Of a stretch of 64,000 nt of DNA, positions 49,772-61,541 are shown in pieces. The notes under the pieces were generated by a model that saw nothing but the letters and a program-made list of their open reading frames with translations, made no database searches and was not told the origin of the DNA. The position numbers were made by a program, and so were the translations under genes. How positions within the stretch are numbered: the first letter of the stretch is position 1; every line of letters begins with the position of its first letter. Origin of the DNA: Selaginella moellendorffii (lineage: Eukaryota; Plantae; Lycopodiophyta); assembly GCF_000143415.4 (NCBI RefSeq), contig NW_003314305.1:1398834-1462833 (forward strand), read 5' to 3'.

Positions 49772-52150
49772 TGCGGGAGGCGCGAGGCCAAGCCATCCAA
49801 TTTCTTCGTCGAGAGTGCGAATTTCTGCTGTAAAATTGTGACTATGGTGAATGGAGGTGAATTTTCTTTGAGCTTTTCTTACCTTGTTCCATCCTCACGA
49901 CAGAGCTCTCTTCCACCTCCTGGCGAAGCACAGGCTTGACGACGATGTTATTGTCCTGGAACATCTAGAGAACAAACACCACGAAAGTTTTAGCTTTTCT
50001 TCCATTACTGGCACTAGATTGGGATTCAGTGACCTGCAAAGCCATGACGACCTTCCACAAGATCTTGAACTGGGACTCCGTGGCGAGTTTCTCGACCGCC
50101 GCATCCTGATAATTAAAAGCCAAGCAACAGTGATCGACTTAACGCCGATAAGAGAACTTGATTCTACCTTGACAATGTTACGAACTTGATGTTCCAGCTT
50201 GTCCAGCCGCTCGTGATCTCTAGAAAGAAAAATCATCCAGTTCCAGTTGAGACAGCGATGGTTTCCAGGGAAAAAAATTCACACCTTTCTCGGTCTCTAT
50301 CAACCTGGCTTTCGGTCTTGATAAAGGTTGCGTATCCTGTTTCCTGGAGGCAAAAAGTGAAAAACTGTTTTACGGCCTGAAAGAAACAAGATCATGAACC
50401 ATAAAGTGCGAGTTCTCGCGATGCAGCTCGTGGAGATGGATGTAAGCGCTTTGAAGCTCCTCAATGCTTGCCTTGAGATTCTGGATGGATAAAACCTCGT
50501 CAATGAAAAGCCACTCAAAGTGATTGATGTTAATACCTCGACTTGCGTTCTCATCCTTCCTTTGTCCTGCGAATCTGCGAATCCGGAGTTTTGTGTCAGA
50601 GTCTCGGTTTCAGTTGGAGAGCTCCTCATTGTAAAAAGCTTACTGTTTGGAATACGAAACAATCAGTCTAAGTAATTCAGAACAACGAAAACACAACAGA
50701 CCTTTTGAGTTGCTCAACTTCTTGCTTGAGGCTGTTCATCTCGGCAGCCTCTGAAGCGGTCATGCCTCGGCAACTATAGGGGAGTTTGTCTCCTGGACTC
50801 CATCCAGGAGGCGGAAGCCAGAAGGGGTCTTCAATGCCGGCAGACTTGCGAATCTCCATCAAAGAAGCATCTTCAAGCCAGTACTCGAGGCTGCCTTCCG
50901 AGTTATGCCGCCTCCTAAAACGTTGGCCATCAGGTGTCGTTTTGTCCACCAAGTGCTTCAACAAGTGATCCAGCAAGCCAGTGTCGCCGATAAACTTCCG
51001 TGCGTCCTCTCGTAACACGGCTCTTGAGATCGCATTGCCAGGCCGGGCTCCTTTAGCACGCATAAGATCAATAAGCTTTTCCTGTGCACTCGCATATCTG
51101 TATCGATACAGTCAAGACAGCACTCGAAGTTTTCAAAACCGAGTCACTTACCGTCCAGCAGACCACCTTCCAAGCACATCTTTACGAACTTGAATGGCCG
51201 TACACCTCACTGGGGTCTTCTCGGGGTGCGTTATCGAAGAGCCGCTGTTGAACCTGCTCACAGCGAGCTGAAGGTTCTCGTTGATCTTCGAGACACGCGT
51301 TGATTTTCTTCGAACAGCCCAGCTCCTCGGGTTGTTTACAACAGGCTCTTTTTTGTCTTCAGCCAGCCAAAAGGACTCAAGGTGACCTTGATGGAGGAGC
51401 TCAGTGCAAGATATCGGTCGTATGAGGAGGTCCTCCGCGAGTTTTGCTGTTACCGTCACCTCCTCGTCTAGCTCCGGCTTCGTACCCATGATAGTCTCCG
51501 AGATAGTCTCCGAACTTCCCAGGGAGCACTTTTTTTCCGCGTTGCTCCGAAGAAACCTCTCCAACGAGGAACAACTGGGAAATCTGAGCTTCACTTCCTC
51601 GCTCGATACGCTCACCACCTACGTGCATTGTAAGTCTCATCTCTAGAAGATAAGAACGCAAAGTTTTTACCATCGCAACGCGAGATCTCAGTCGAGACGA
51701 CGGGGAAGATGCCAGAGGCCGGCTAATTTCGTACACGACTCCAGCTCTTGGATGCTCAGCTACAAAGAAGACACCAAACGAATGAGAGAAACAAGAAAAA
51801 AGAACGAAGAACGAAGAAGAGCAGCACTGGTTTGGTTCTTACCGGAGGTTTTCTCTACATAGAGTGTCAAAGCTAGATGCTGGTCACGATCGTCCTCGAG
51901 CGAGTCTAGAAGCTTTCTCTTCCGGTTCTTTTGCTCAGAGCACCAAGGCAAGAGCTCTGCATTCTTCTCGATTTCGTCCTTGGCCTGGGATGAGAGCTCA
52001 CATCCAAGAAAGAAATCCAAGCAAGAAGCGCTCACCTCTGGAAATGTATCCTGTGGAAATATTTCCTTGCCGCTCCCCTCTAGCGATCCAACAAGCGTCA
52101 AGAAGAGAAGAAAACACCGAAGTTCTTCGATCCATACCTTGATTTCCCAT
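49772..52150 (-). CDS. SWI1/DYAD/AMEIOTIC1-like meiotic protein (long form); 3' end runs into the gap; start approximate
   Basis: GRWSAGRY..LREDARKFIGDTGLLDHLLKH..RFRRRHNSEGSLEYWLE..DPFWLPPPGW; AM1-like VVYEI..VKLRFPS. Confidence 0.88.
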
Positions 52151-52809
52151 CGCCTGGAGCCAGTACTCTGTCGACGGCCTCGAATTTTTCATCGCTCGGC
52201 TCCAATGCTGGAGAAATTTCGCTGTTAGAGCGCAGAATCCAGAGCGACGATCACCTGGACGCCAGAATCCCAGCCCCGGACGTGAATCACCGCGCGCGCT
52301 CGAAGTTTCTGCCAGCCTCCGCCCCTCAAACCCTATCTTGCTCGTCGCTAAAGCCCGACGAGAGCCTCCTATCACTTCTTCCTCGCACACTGGCTTTCAC
52401 TTCCCATAGCTCTGTACGGTACGTACTTGGCCACCTTGAATTTCCAATTTCGGGCCACTGGAATCTTCCCGCTTCACGGCAGCATATTCGCCCCGCGATA
52501 GCAACAGCTAACCGTGATACGCTTGAGCATCTTCGTGAAAAACTTAAGCTTCGTAGTAGAGAGTGTACTGTTTTAACGGACAGAAAGGCTAGCAAAAACT
52601 TTTTAAAGCCGTGCCTTCTCTATCCTTTTGCTCGATCTAAGCTCTTAGCCTTTGGAGCGACTAGTTAGATTCTTCGAGGTACATCGCTGATCATTGCCTG
52701 GAGGGAAAAAACGCATTAAAAGCTCATCTCTGGGATTATAAAACTACTACTGTGATTGAAAGTACTTACCTCGTCTACAGCAAAAAATTTAGCTCCTAGG
52801 ACGTCGAAG

Positions 52810-54034
52810 TTACGTCTGCAGCGTCTCGACGTTGTGTCCGATTTCGTGCCAGATTTTCTCGACCTCGTTCACGAAAGCTGCATTGGAAGAAATCGTCATC
52901 AAAGTTTTAGCCAGGTTTGATATAAACCAGAGAAGTTTTTACTGCCTTGCCTGGGAAGGAAGGATCCATGAGGCACTTCTGCGAAAACAGCGAAAGGAAT
53001 AGTTATAAAACGTCTTTGATTTCATCAAAGAGATGCTCACGAGGATTTGCTCCTTGAGCTCCGGTCCTGAAGGTTTGGTGCTGATCAAAGAGTTGCTCGT
53101 ATGGATTTGGTCTTTGAGCGCGGGTGCTGATGGCTTGTTACTGGATCCTGCTTAAGATAAACCATGAACTTCTAGCTTAGAAAGCTCTGAGATTTCTTAA
53201 AGTTGTATCGAAGCGAAGTACCTGGGCATGGCAGTGCTAAGACTACCTCTGGATCCGGGAGAACAGACCCTGCTCCCGAGGTGTTGCTTCGAGCCCCGTT
53301 GGGACTGTTGGTTTCAATCACTTCCGGAATGAATTGGTCGGGAGCTCCTGGGGCTGTCCAGTCCATCTCGCTGTAGATTTTCGGGACCACGCTTTCTAGA
53401 GTACCCCTGGGAATGGACGCGGCAGCCTAGATAGAACAAGCAAGTTAAAACAAGAAAAACAATGATAAAATACAAAACAGTAGCACGTACTTCGAGGATC
53501 TTAAAGCATTTCGACGCTTCCTCGTCGTTCTCGAACCTCATTCCAAACTTGTATGTCTGCAAAAAAAAAAAAACATCGTAGAATTGTTTTTTCTTTTCTA
53601 ATCTCGGAGATTAAAAAATAAAATCGAACTCACCGTTCCAGAGATTGCGTAGCTTGCGAGAATGACTCGCGAGCTCCCAGTGGTACGAGGCCAAGCAAAC
53701 GACAAGTCGGGAACACAGTGTTCTTCCTGGACAACAAAAAGATAACAAAATAAACCATTTAGAAACCGTGGTTTTCTTACAAAAGCCAATGCCGGCCAAG
53801 CCAAAACAATAGAACGACTACGCGAAGCAAACAAACAACGCGCTATGCCAAGAAACTCACATAGACATTGCCATTGAGAACGATGGCCAGCGTCGCGGAG
53901 GCGCTGTTGATCGTGAGAGTAGCCGCCGACTTGGAGATGATCCAGGAGCCCGCCAAGAATCGCCGGTGAAGCCCCTCGAACGGCGGGACGAATTGCGCCA
54001 GCTCCACTTGCCATGCGATCCGAGCGTCGCTCAT
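52810..54034 (-). CDS. PHS1: PHS1 / REC114-like meiotic protein
   Basis: EEHCVPDLSFAWP..SRVILASY..KFGMRF and C-terminal ELKEQILKCLMDPSFPAFVNEVEKIW; last intron is GC-AG. Confidence 0.75.
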
Positions 54035-54350
54035 CTCGCTTGCCCCCAGCGCTCGAAGAACCCTAAAACGCAGTTTCCCGCCAAAACTTATGCTGATAAT
54101 ATACCCGACAGTTTAGTTTTAAATTAAACGCGTCTTTGGCAAGCAATAGCTACGCGTTCTTCCCGGTTTTTAAAGCGAGCATTCTCTTCTTCCACATTAC
54201 CTCATTCTTTCTTGGGGATTGATCGATCGATCACACAGCTTTGGTCAATTCTCGATTGATTGATATCGATTACACAGCAGCGTTCTCAATTCTCGAGTGA
54301 TTGACAAAGGCAAGATCTTTAGAACGAGGTAGTTCTTCAAGGATTCTCCA

Positions 54351-56087
54351 ATGGGACGAGCAATGGCGTTACTTCTTCTCTTTTCCACGATCTTCTCCAT
54401 CTCCAATTTCATCTCCAGCGCCCAAAACACCAATGCAAGTGCCTGTAAGTGCTCCAATCCAAGCGAGTCCTGCTGGCCCAGCGCCGACGCCTGGAAAGCC
54501 CTCAATTCCTCCATCGCTGGCCGGCTCCTCGTCCCAATCCCTGCCGCCCTCCCCTGCTACAAGGACACCTTTGACAACGCTTCGTGCTCCATCGCCATGT
54601 CCCGATGGTCCGACCCGAGCTGGCGGATCGACCAAGCCGGCGCCGTCCAGTACGCAAACTGGGAGCTCCTGGGCGAGGACGGCTGCCCGCTCAACACCAC
54701 CGCGGCCAAGAACGGGCAGTGCCGGCGCGGGAATCTTCCAGAATATTCTGTCCGCGCGGCCACCGCCGGCGACGTCCAGGCGGCCGTGCGCTTCGCGGCG
54801 AAGTACCGCCTGAAGCTCAAGGTCAGAGGCGGCGCGCACAGCTACCACGGTCAAAGTACGGAAGCCGGGTCAATGGTCGTCTGGACCCGGGACCTGAGGA
54901 ACATCAGCTTCAGCGACGACTTCAGGCCGGCGGGTTGCAATGCTGGTCAACGCGGTCAGAGTGCGGTCAAGGTTCATGCAGGTGACGTTTGGGAGGATGT
55001 TTACCGCGCGGCAGACACACGGAAAGTTGTTGTTGTGGGCGCGATGTCAGGAACAGTGGCGGCGGCGGGGGGCTATGTTCAAGGTGGCGGGCACGGCCCG
55101 ATCTCCCACATGTTTGGACTGGCGGCGGACAATGTTTTGGAGTTTGAGGTTGTGACTGCAGATGGGGAGCTTGTTGTTGCGAATGCATGCCAGAACCAGG
55201 ACCTCTTCTGGGCCCTGCGGGGCGGAGGTGGCGGAACTTTTGGAGTTGTGGTATCCGCAACATACCGGACTTTCCCGGCTTTCAGTCGTGTGATCGGAAC
55301 CTTTGTGAGCATCATCCCGGCGAATGCCCCTAGTCTCCTCGAGGTAACCCGGCATTTCATTGAGATCCAGGGTGCGCTATCGGATGAGAACTGGGCGGGT
55401 TACTTTGAGATCAGGCGCGAGAGGCTCTTTTTTGGATATCTCATTCCCAACGGCGAGGCGTCGCAAGTGAACGAAACCTTGGGTGGCTTTCTGAGCTATG
55501 TCCGGCAGCAGCAGGGGCTCACGATCCAGGTTGCAAACGTGAAGGAGTTTCCATCTTTTCTAGTGTGGAGACAAGCGGCGTCTTGCGCCTTCTTCGGTGC
55601 ACAATGCGTGGAGAGTACTGGCCACAACTTGCAGATTGCTTCCAGGCTGATACCACGCGAGACGATGGAGAAATCGCCGATGGAGCTTGCGCAGGCATTG
55701 GTGAATGTTCTTGACAATGGGATTGGGCGGATCATCGGCTGCTTTGTTGCGGGTGGAAAGGTGGCTGAGGAGCAAGACAACGCTGTGAATCCCGTTTGGA
55801 GGAAGGCTCTGTGGCAGCTTGTGTTGCCCACCTCTTGGCTGGAAGGGACGAGTTTGATGGAGCAAGACGTAAAGACCAAGGCACTCACGCATGCAAACAG
55901 CCTTCTACGTGATCTTACGCAAGAGTCCGGAGCTTATCTCAACGAGGCCGATTTCAACGAGCCTAACTGGCAAGAGTCGTTCTTTGGAGTGAACTTTGAG
56001 AGGTTAAAGTCGATCAAAAAGGTGGTGGATCCAAACAAGCTTTTCAGGTGCCACAATTGTGTGGGAGATGATATAAATGTCTGTTAA
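54351..56087 (+). CDS. Secreted BBE-like FAD-linked oxidoreductase (FAD_binding_4 + BBE), intronless, fungal-type
   Basis: Signal peptide; CWPS..W..LN..GRL; RGGAHSY flavinylation site; DLFWALRGGGGGTFGVV; GAYLNEAD..FFGVNFERLKSIKKVVDP. Confidence 0.9.
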   Translation: MGRAMALLLLFSTIFSISNFISSAQNTNASACKCSNPSESCWPSADAWKALNSSIAGRLLVPIPAALPCYKDTFDNASCSIAMSRWSDPSWRIDQAGAVQYANWELLGEDGCPLNTTAAKNGQCRRGNLPEYSVRAATAGDVQAAVRFAAKYRLKLKVRGGAHSYHGQSTEAGSMVVWTRDLRNISFSDDFRPAGCNAGQRGQSAVKVHAGDVWEDVYRAADTRKVVVVGAMSGTVAAAGGYVQGGGHGPISHMFGLAADNVLEFEVVTADGELVVANACQNQDLFWALRGGGGGTFGVVVSATYRTFPAFSRVIGTFVSIIPANAPSLLEVTRHFIEIQGALSDENWAGYFEIRRERLFFGYLIPNGEASQVNETLGGFLSYVRQQQGLTIQVANVKEFPSFLVWRQAASCAFFGAQCVESTGHNLQIASRLIPRETMEKSPMELAQALVNVLDNGIGRIIGCFVAGGKVAEEQDNAVNPVWRKALWQLVLPTSWLEGTSLMEQDVKTKALTHANSLLRDLTQESGAYLNEADFNEPNWQESFFGVNFERLKSIKKVVDPNKLFRCHNCVGDDINVC

Positions 56088-56253
56088 CTATAAACTCTTA
56101 TTTTGTTTTGGATAAGAAATTGAATGGATAAGATTTTATGAACCCAAAAGGAGCCTTTTCGCTAGTAAAAAGGGTGTTACCTGTCTTATAAAACTCAGGC
56201 TTTGGTGTTTTGGTGTAATAGGGTTGTGAGAGCTTTACGGGTTTTAGAACAGC

Positions 56254-57312
56254 ATGGCGATCGCAGCAACGATTATTGGAGTGGCTGGGAATGTTGTCGC
56301 AGCGTTGATGTTCTTGTCTTCGATGTATGTTTTCACTCTTTTTCTTGCTTCATGACCCCCTTTTCCCAATCTGATTCTTGCTTTTCCATTGCAGACTCAC
56401 TTTCATAAGGATTGCAAAGAAGAAATCCACGGAATCCTTCTCCTCGGTGCCCTATATCGCCTCGCTCCTGAATTGTATTCTCTGGGTTCTGTATGGCTCG
56501 CCAATTAACAAAAACGCAACGCTGGTCGTCACCATCAATGGGCTTGGGACAGTTCTCAACGTGATCTACGTCTTGCTTTTCTTGTTCTACGCGAGGAAAT
56601 CGCCCAAGGCACTGGTAAGGATTTGTTTTGAGGGTTGATCGAATCGCTTTGCCAACTTTGCCCCTTTTGAATTTGCAGAAAAGAGCATCCCTTTATACGT
56701 TTTCGTGCTTGGCGATCATGGCGGCCGTGGGCTTTGGCATAAGTCTCGGAATCCATAGTAAAGACACGAGGATTACAATCTTTGGAGTTCTTTGCATCGT
56801 CCTCAACATCGCGATGTATTGGTCACCTTTGTCCGTGATGGTAAGTTGGCGGATTAAAACCTTAACTTTCCTTGTTATCATCGCTAATCACAAAACCTCT
56901 GTATTGCAGTACCGGATTTTCAAGACCAAAAGCGTCGAGTTCTTACCTTTTTACCTGTGCTTGACCGTCTTCATCAACAGTGCCCTGTGGTTTGCGTACG
57001 CGCTCTTGAAGCACGACATTTACATACTGGTAAGTTTTCTGCAGTAAAGGCCGACATATTTACAGGGAATTAACAGAGTTTTGACCAATTCAGGTTCCCA
57101 ATGTTCTTGGACTAGCTGGAGGCGCTGTCCAGCTCTTTTGCCACTACATATATTACAAGCCCGGTAACTTGCTGACGTGGCAGGTACCTGACGAGAAGGA
57201 AGCTGAAGAGAGTGAATCCCCGGATTTGGAGAGTGGAATTGAGTTACCCAAGCAAAATGGGAAATTTGTTGACGTAGCTCTTAACACCTCTACCATGGCA
57301 ACGCAATCATGA
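56254..57312 (+). CDS. SWEET: SWEET/MtN3 sugar transporter
   Basis: GVAGNV; TFIRIAKKKSTESFSSVPY; MYWSPL; KTKSVEFLPF; VPNVLG. Confidence 0.93.
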
Positions 57313-57479
57313 AAACCTTTAGAGTAAACCTTTAGAGTAAATTCAGCTGTAAATTCATTTCATAATTTGTATTGTAAGAATAAGGTTTACTGCGTAATGC
57401 CAAATGGAAACACTAGGAGCTTTGAAAAATCTCCATTTATTTCCTTAATATTCAAGATCTGGTGCATTTCCTACACTAA

Positions 57480-59420
57480 CTAACACAAGAGGCATTGAAT
57501 AATTTGTTCATCTTTTGGAAATATATATATCATATTTATATATACAATAATAAAATTAATTTTTTAGGAAGATAAAGTTATTTTATTTCAAATATAAATT
57601 TTTTCAATGAAAGTATTAAAAAAAGTTTTAAAATTTCAGAAATTATCAATAATAGTTTTTATTCTCAATCACATATTTAATTTCTTCTTTATTTATTTAT
57701 TTTTACTCTCTAAAAAATATTTTGACATTGTTTATTTTGAGAAGAACTAAATAGGGTCAAGTTAATGATATCCAAAAACATTTGTTGTAGAAAAACTCTT
57801 AGCTCCATACATTTGGGTTCTCTTTTATAATGATTTGTCTAAATTTGAATTAAAATATTAAATCAAATATAGATAAAGTTTTTTAAAAACTATTTAATAG
57901 AAATTTTTACTAACCATACATTATAACCTAATTAACTATCATCTAAATGTACATATTCATGTAAATATATAATGGAGTAGTTAACAATATTTACTTAATG
58001 TATTTAAAATTTTAGTTTGTATTTAAAACATTTAATTAAAATATTACTTGTAGAAATAATTTATACAACATCAAATTTTGCTTAAATATTAAAAATATAG
58101 GCAAAAAAATATTAATATAGCAACAAAAATAATCTAATATCAAAATATTCATAAAAAACAAAACATAAAATTTAACAATATTGAAATAATAATGGATTAT
58201 ATTTAAAATGTAATATAAGTCATAGTTTAGTATAACATTGGTTTTATTTTTTATTGCAATGTAAACATGATAAAAAGGTACTTAATAATATATAAACATA
58301 AAGTAGAATTTATTACTTAGAAGCTAGTATTAAAGACAGTACATGTAATGATACTTTATTTAATTTTCATGAGTTATTTAAGAAAATGATCTCATGTTAC
58401 TCATTAATATCAATTAGTAAAATATTAATAATTTTAAATTTTTTCTAGCTAATAATATTTAAATTTAATATAATAATAATATATTTATTTATAAATAAAA
58501 TAAGATCTATGAACTTTTTATACCAGTTAAAAATTAATTCTTTATCTAATTATAGAATGAAAATAATTTGGAGAGAGTTATAATTTTAGGTATAATTTAT
58601 ATAATTAAATTATTTATGATTAATCATATTTTGTAATGTTAAATAAAAAATTTTAACTTGTGGCAGTATCACAAAAAATTATATAACCATCATCACTTGT
58701 ACATATTGATTGTCCCATTAATCTTTATTTGGTTTTCCAAATAATATTACTGTTATTATCATAAATTATAAAGTTTTTATCAGTTTATAATTTTAAAAGT
58801 AATTTTTTCTGTTATTAATTTTATATTTTCTATATGATATTCTAATACTCAGAATGTATATACAAACATTTTCCCTTTAGTTACAAAAGATTTTGTAAAA
58901 TTTTTTATTGTAAAATCTCTAATTTTTATTGACTTCCTTTTGTAAACTTAAAGTTTCTATTAGTGTTAAAATATGATGAGAATTATCTCTAATGATTAAA
59001 ATGTAAATAACATTTGGAATAAAAATAATCAAAATAATTGATAAATATGTCCTCTTTTTAATCCTTTTTTAGCTAGTGAAAAGATGTTTTTGAAAAGAAG
59101 TTGTATGTTTTTATATATTTAATGTTTTTATAATATCTATGGCATTGCATAGAAATTTATTCACATAATTGCATTTTTCTATAATAAATATTACATGGTT
59201 TCTTTGGCATTTTTACAGTTCCTTTGATGTTAAAAGGCAAGAAATCAAAACTGTCAGATTGAGCCATTAATTAGTTGAGGAAGTACTTCAAGCTATAGCT
59301 TATGGCTATTTGATCTTAGAAGAGGTTCTTTTCTTGGCTGGATTATATAAACAAACTAAAACATTAGATTTTGTTTAGATTATATAGAAAATTGACCTAA
59401 TTAACTGTCATGTCCCAGCC
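57480..59420. other. Second very AT-rich noncoding island
   Basis: Abrupt composition shift; no ORFs. Confidence 0.4.
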
Positions 59421-59651
59421 AGCTGAAATGGATCTGCTATACTTTTACCATTTAGCCATGTAATTTACCGTACGACACGGCTATCATTGTTTGTATGCGT
59501 CGTGAGTATTGGCCATGGCGCAATGTGGTCTCTTCTCTGTTCCATTGAGGCGAAGGCTCTCATTAGGGGAGAGCGCAAGAGCCCTAAGCGCGGTACCGCT
59601 GCGCCAATGGCGCTGGTCAGGGTTAGCCCGGAGCGATGCGATGCGATCGAT

Positions 59652-61367
59652 ATGGAGCTCAAGCAATCATCGCCGAAGTGTGGCCAGTTCTATCGCCGGC
59701 GCCGGCGGCCGCAGGCTCTCCGTGTGGAGCCGATCCAGACGAAGATTTGCAGCGAGTCGGGTAAAATCTCTCGTCTTTCTCGCATTGCGTAATTTGGATC
59801 TTTCTTGGCCGATCGATCGTGCAGAGGGAGAAGACTGCGAGAAAGATCTCAGCGAGAGGCAGATCAAATGGGGAACGCGCAAGAAAATCAAATACACGAC
59901 CAATCCGGACGAGAACCTCCAGATCGTCGTCAAGGGCTGCTCCAAATCGCTGCTGAAAGTTCCCAAGGACATGCAAGGACGCTGGTCGAATGAAAGGTAC
60001 AAATCTACAGATTGGGGATTTTGGAACGAGCATTCAAGCTCCTTTCTTGTTTTCTTTCTTTTTCCTTTGCGATTTCTTCAGGTATTCTGCCGCTCAAGAG
60101 AGTCTCGTCCTGATCCTCCACGAGAAAGGAGCGACCCCGGGAGCTCCAATTGCGAGGCATGTCCTGAGAGACGAGGCGAGAAAATTCATTGGCGACACTG
60201 GGCTTTTGGATCATCTCCTAAAGCACATGAGCGACCGGGTGGTGGTGAGGGACCAACGATTTCGGCGACGCCACAATCCCGAAGGCGTGATGGAGTACTG
60301 GCTCGAGGATGCGAGCTTCATGGAGCTGAGGAAAGATGCCAACGTAAGTGATCCTTGGTGGATTCCGCCTCCTGGATGGAAGAAGGGCGATCCTACCATC
60401 ACGAACGTTGAGGGAGAGATAAGAGCACTTAAGGTGGGCTTTGATGGCCTTCGAAGGTATGGAGCTTGTCGATTTTCTCGTAAACTTTGACGTTCTAACT
60501 TCTGGTTTTGTGCTGCTAGCGAGATGCATCAAGTACAAGAATCGTCGAGCGAGTCTTCACACGAAGCGATAAAATCTCTCAAGGAAGAGGTAGAGCTCTT
60601 GCGAAGGTCGGGTCCCGTGCTGGAAACGTTTAGTTTGTAACTTCCTTTCGTTGTCTTTCTCGCAGTGAAGTGCAGCAGCTGCAAGGAAAACCTGTCGAGA
60701 GACTGGATGGCCTGGAGACTCAAGTTCGTAAGATGATGGAGGTATACTCTCATTTCATTTATAGCTTAAAACAAATCGTTTTCGCAGGAAGGCAAACTCC
60801 GACAGGAGCTCCAGATCGTGGAGAAGCTGACGCTCGATACTCAGTTCGCAAACATGTGGAAGACTGTCATTACAATTCAGGTAAGTTACAATCGAGTTCC
60901 ACGTCCAATTGCGTAACAAAATGGTCGTGTTCATCCAGGAAAAGCTGGCGGGCATGGAACGCTTGGAGAACTCTCGCTACCAGCAGCGCAGCGTCTTCTC
61001 TCCCTGCGTTATACAATCCCCCAGCGACCAGAAGGAGCACGCCTTCAAGCTATGCAGGCCACCAGGGACGTTTCTCATGCCTCCGGCCTCGACTCCCAGT
61101 GGCAGCAGGGGCCCCTCGTACCGAGTGGAAGACATCCTCTCCCCGAGATCCTCCTCGGACTCGGAAGTGACGATGGAAACGAACAAACCATTCATCGATC
61201 CGGTGGTGAGCAGGCACCAGATGTTCCTCACGGCGGCGGTCCAGGCACTCCAGGACAATACCTTCCAGCGTCAGCAGCAGCAGCAGCAGCAGCCAGACAG
61301 CTCTTCCTCCTGGCTTGGACTCGCGGGATCTCCGAGCTTTGAGCTGCTCCAAGCTCGCCAGAGCTAG
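59652..61367 (+). CDS. Second SWI1/DYAD-like protein (short form); start approximate
   Basis: GRWSNERY..LRDEARKFIGDTGLLDHLLKH..RFRRRHNPEGVMEYWLE..DPWWIPPPGW. Confidence 0.88.
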
Positions 61368-61541
61368 CTCTCATCGTTATCCGCCACCACCACCGCAATT
61401 TTGGACCCTATAACGTACTTAAGAGATGACTTTGTACATAACGAGACGAGACGAGGCGAGTGAGGAACCAAAATGGAAACGAAACAGCGTACCTTAGAAA
61501 CAAGAGAGAACCGTATCGTTCATAAAACTTGATGACACAAG

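Noticed and set aside
61272-61292. (CAG)7 tract
   Set aside because: Ordinary polyQ microsatellite
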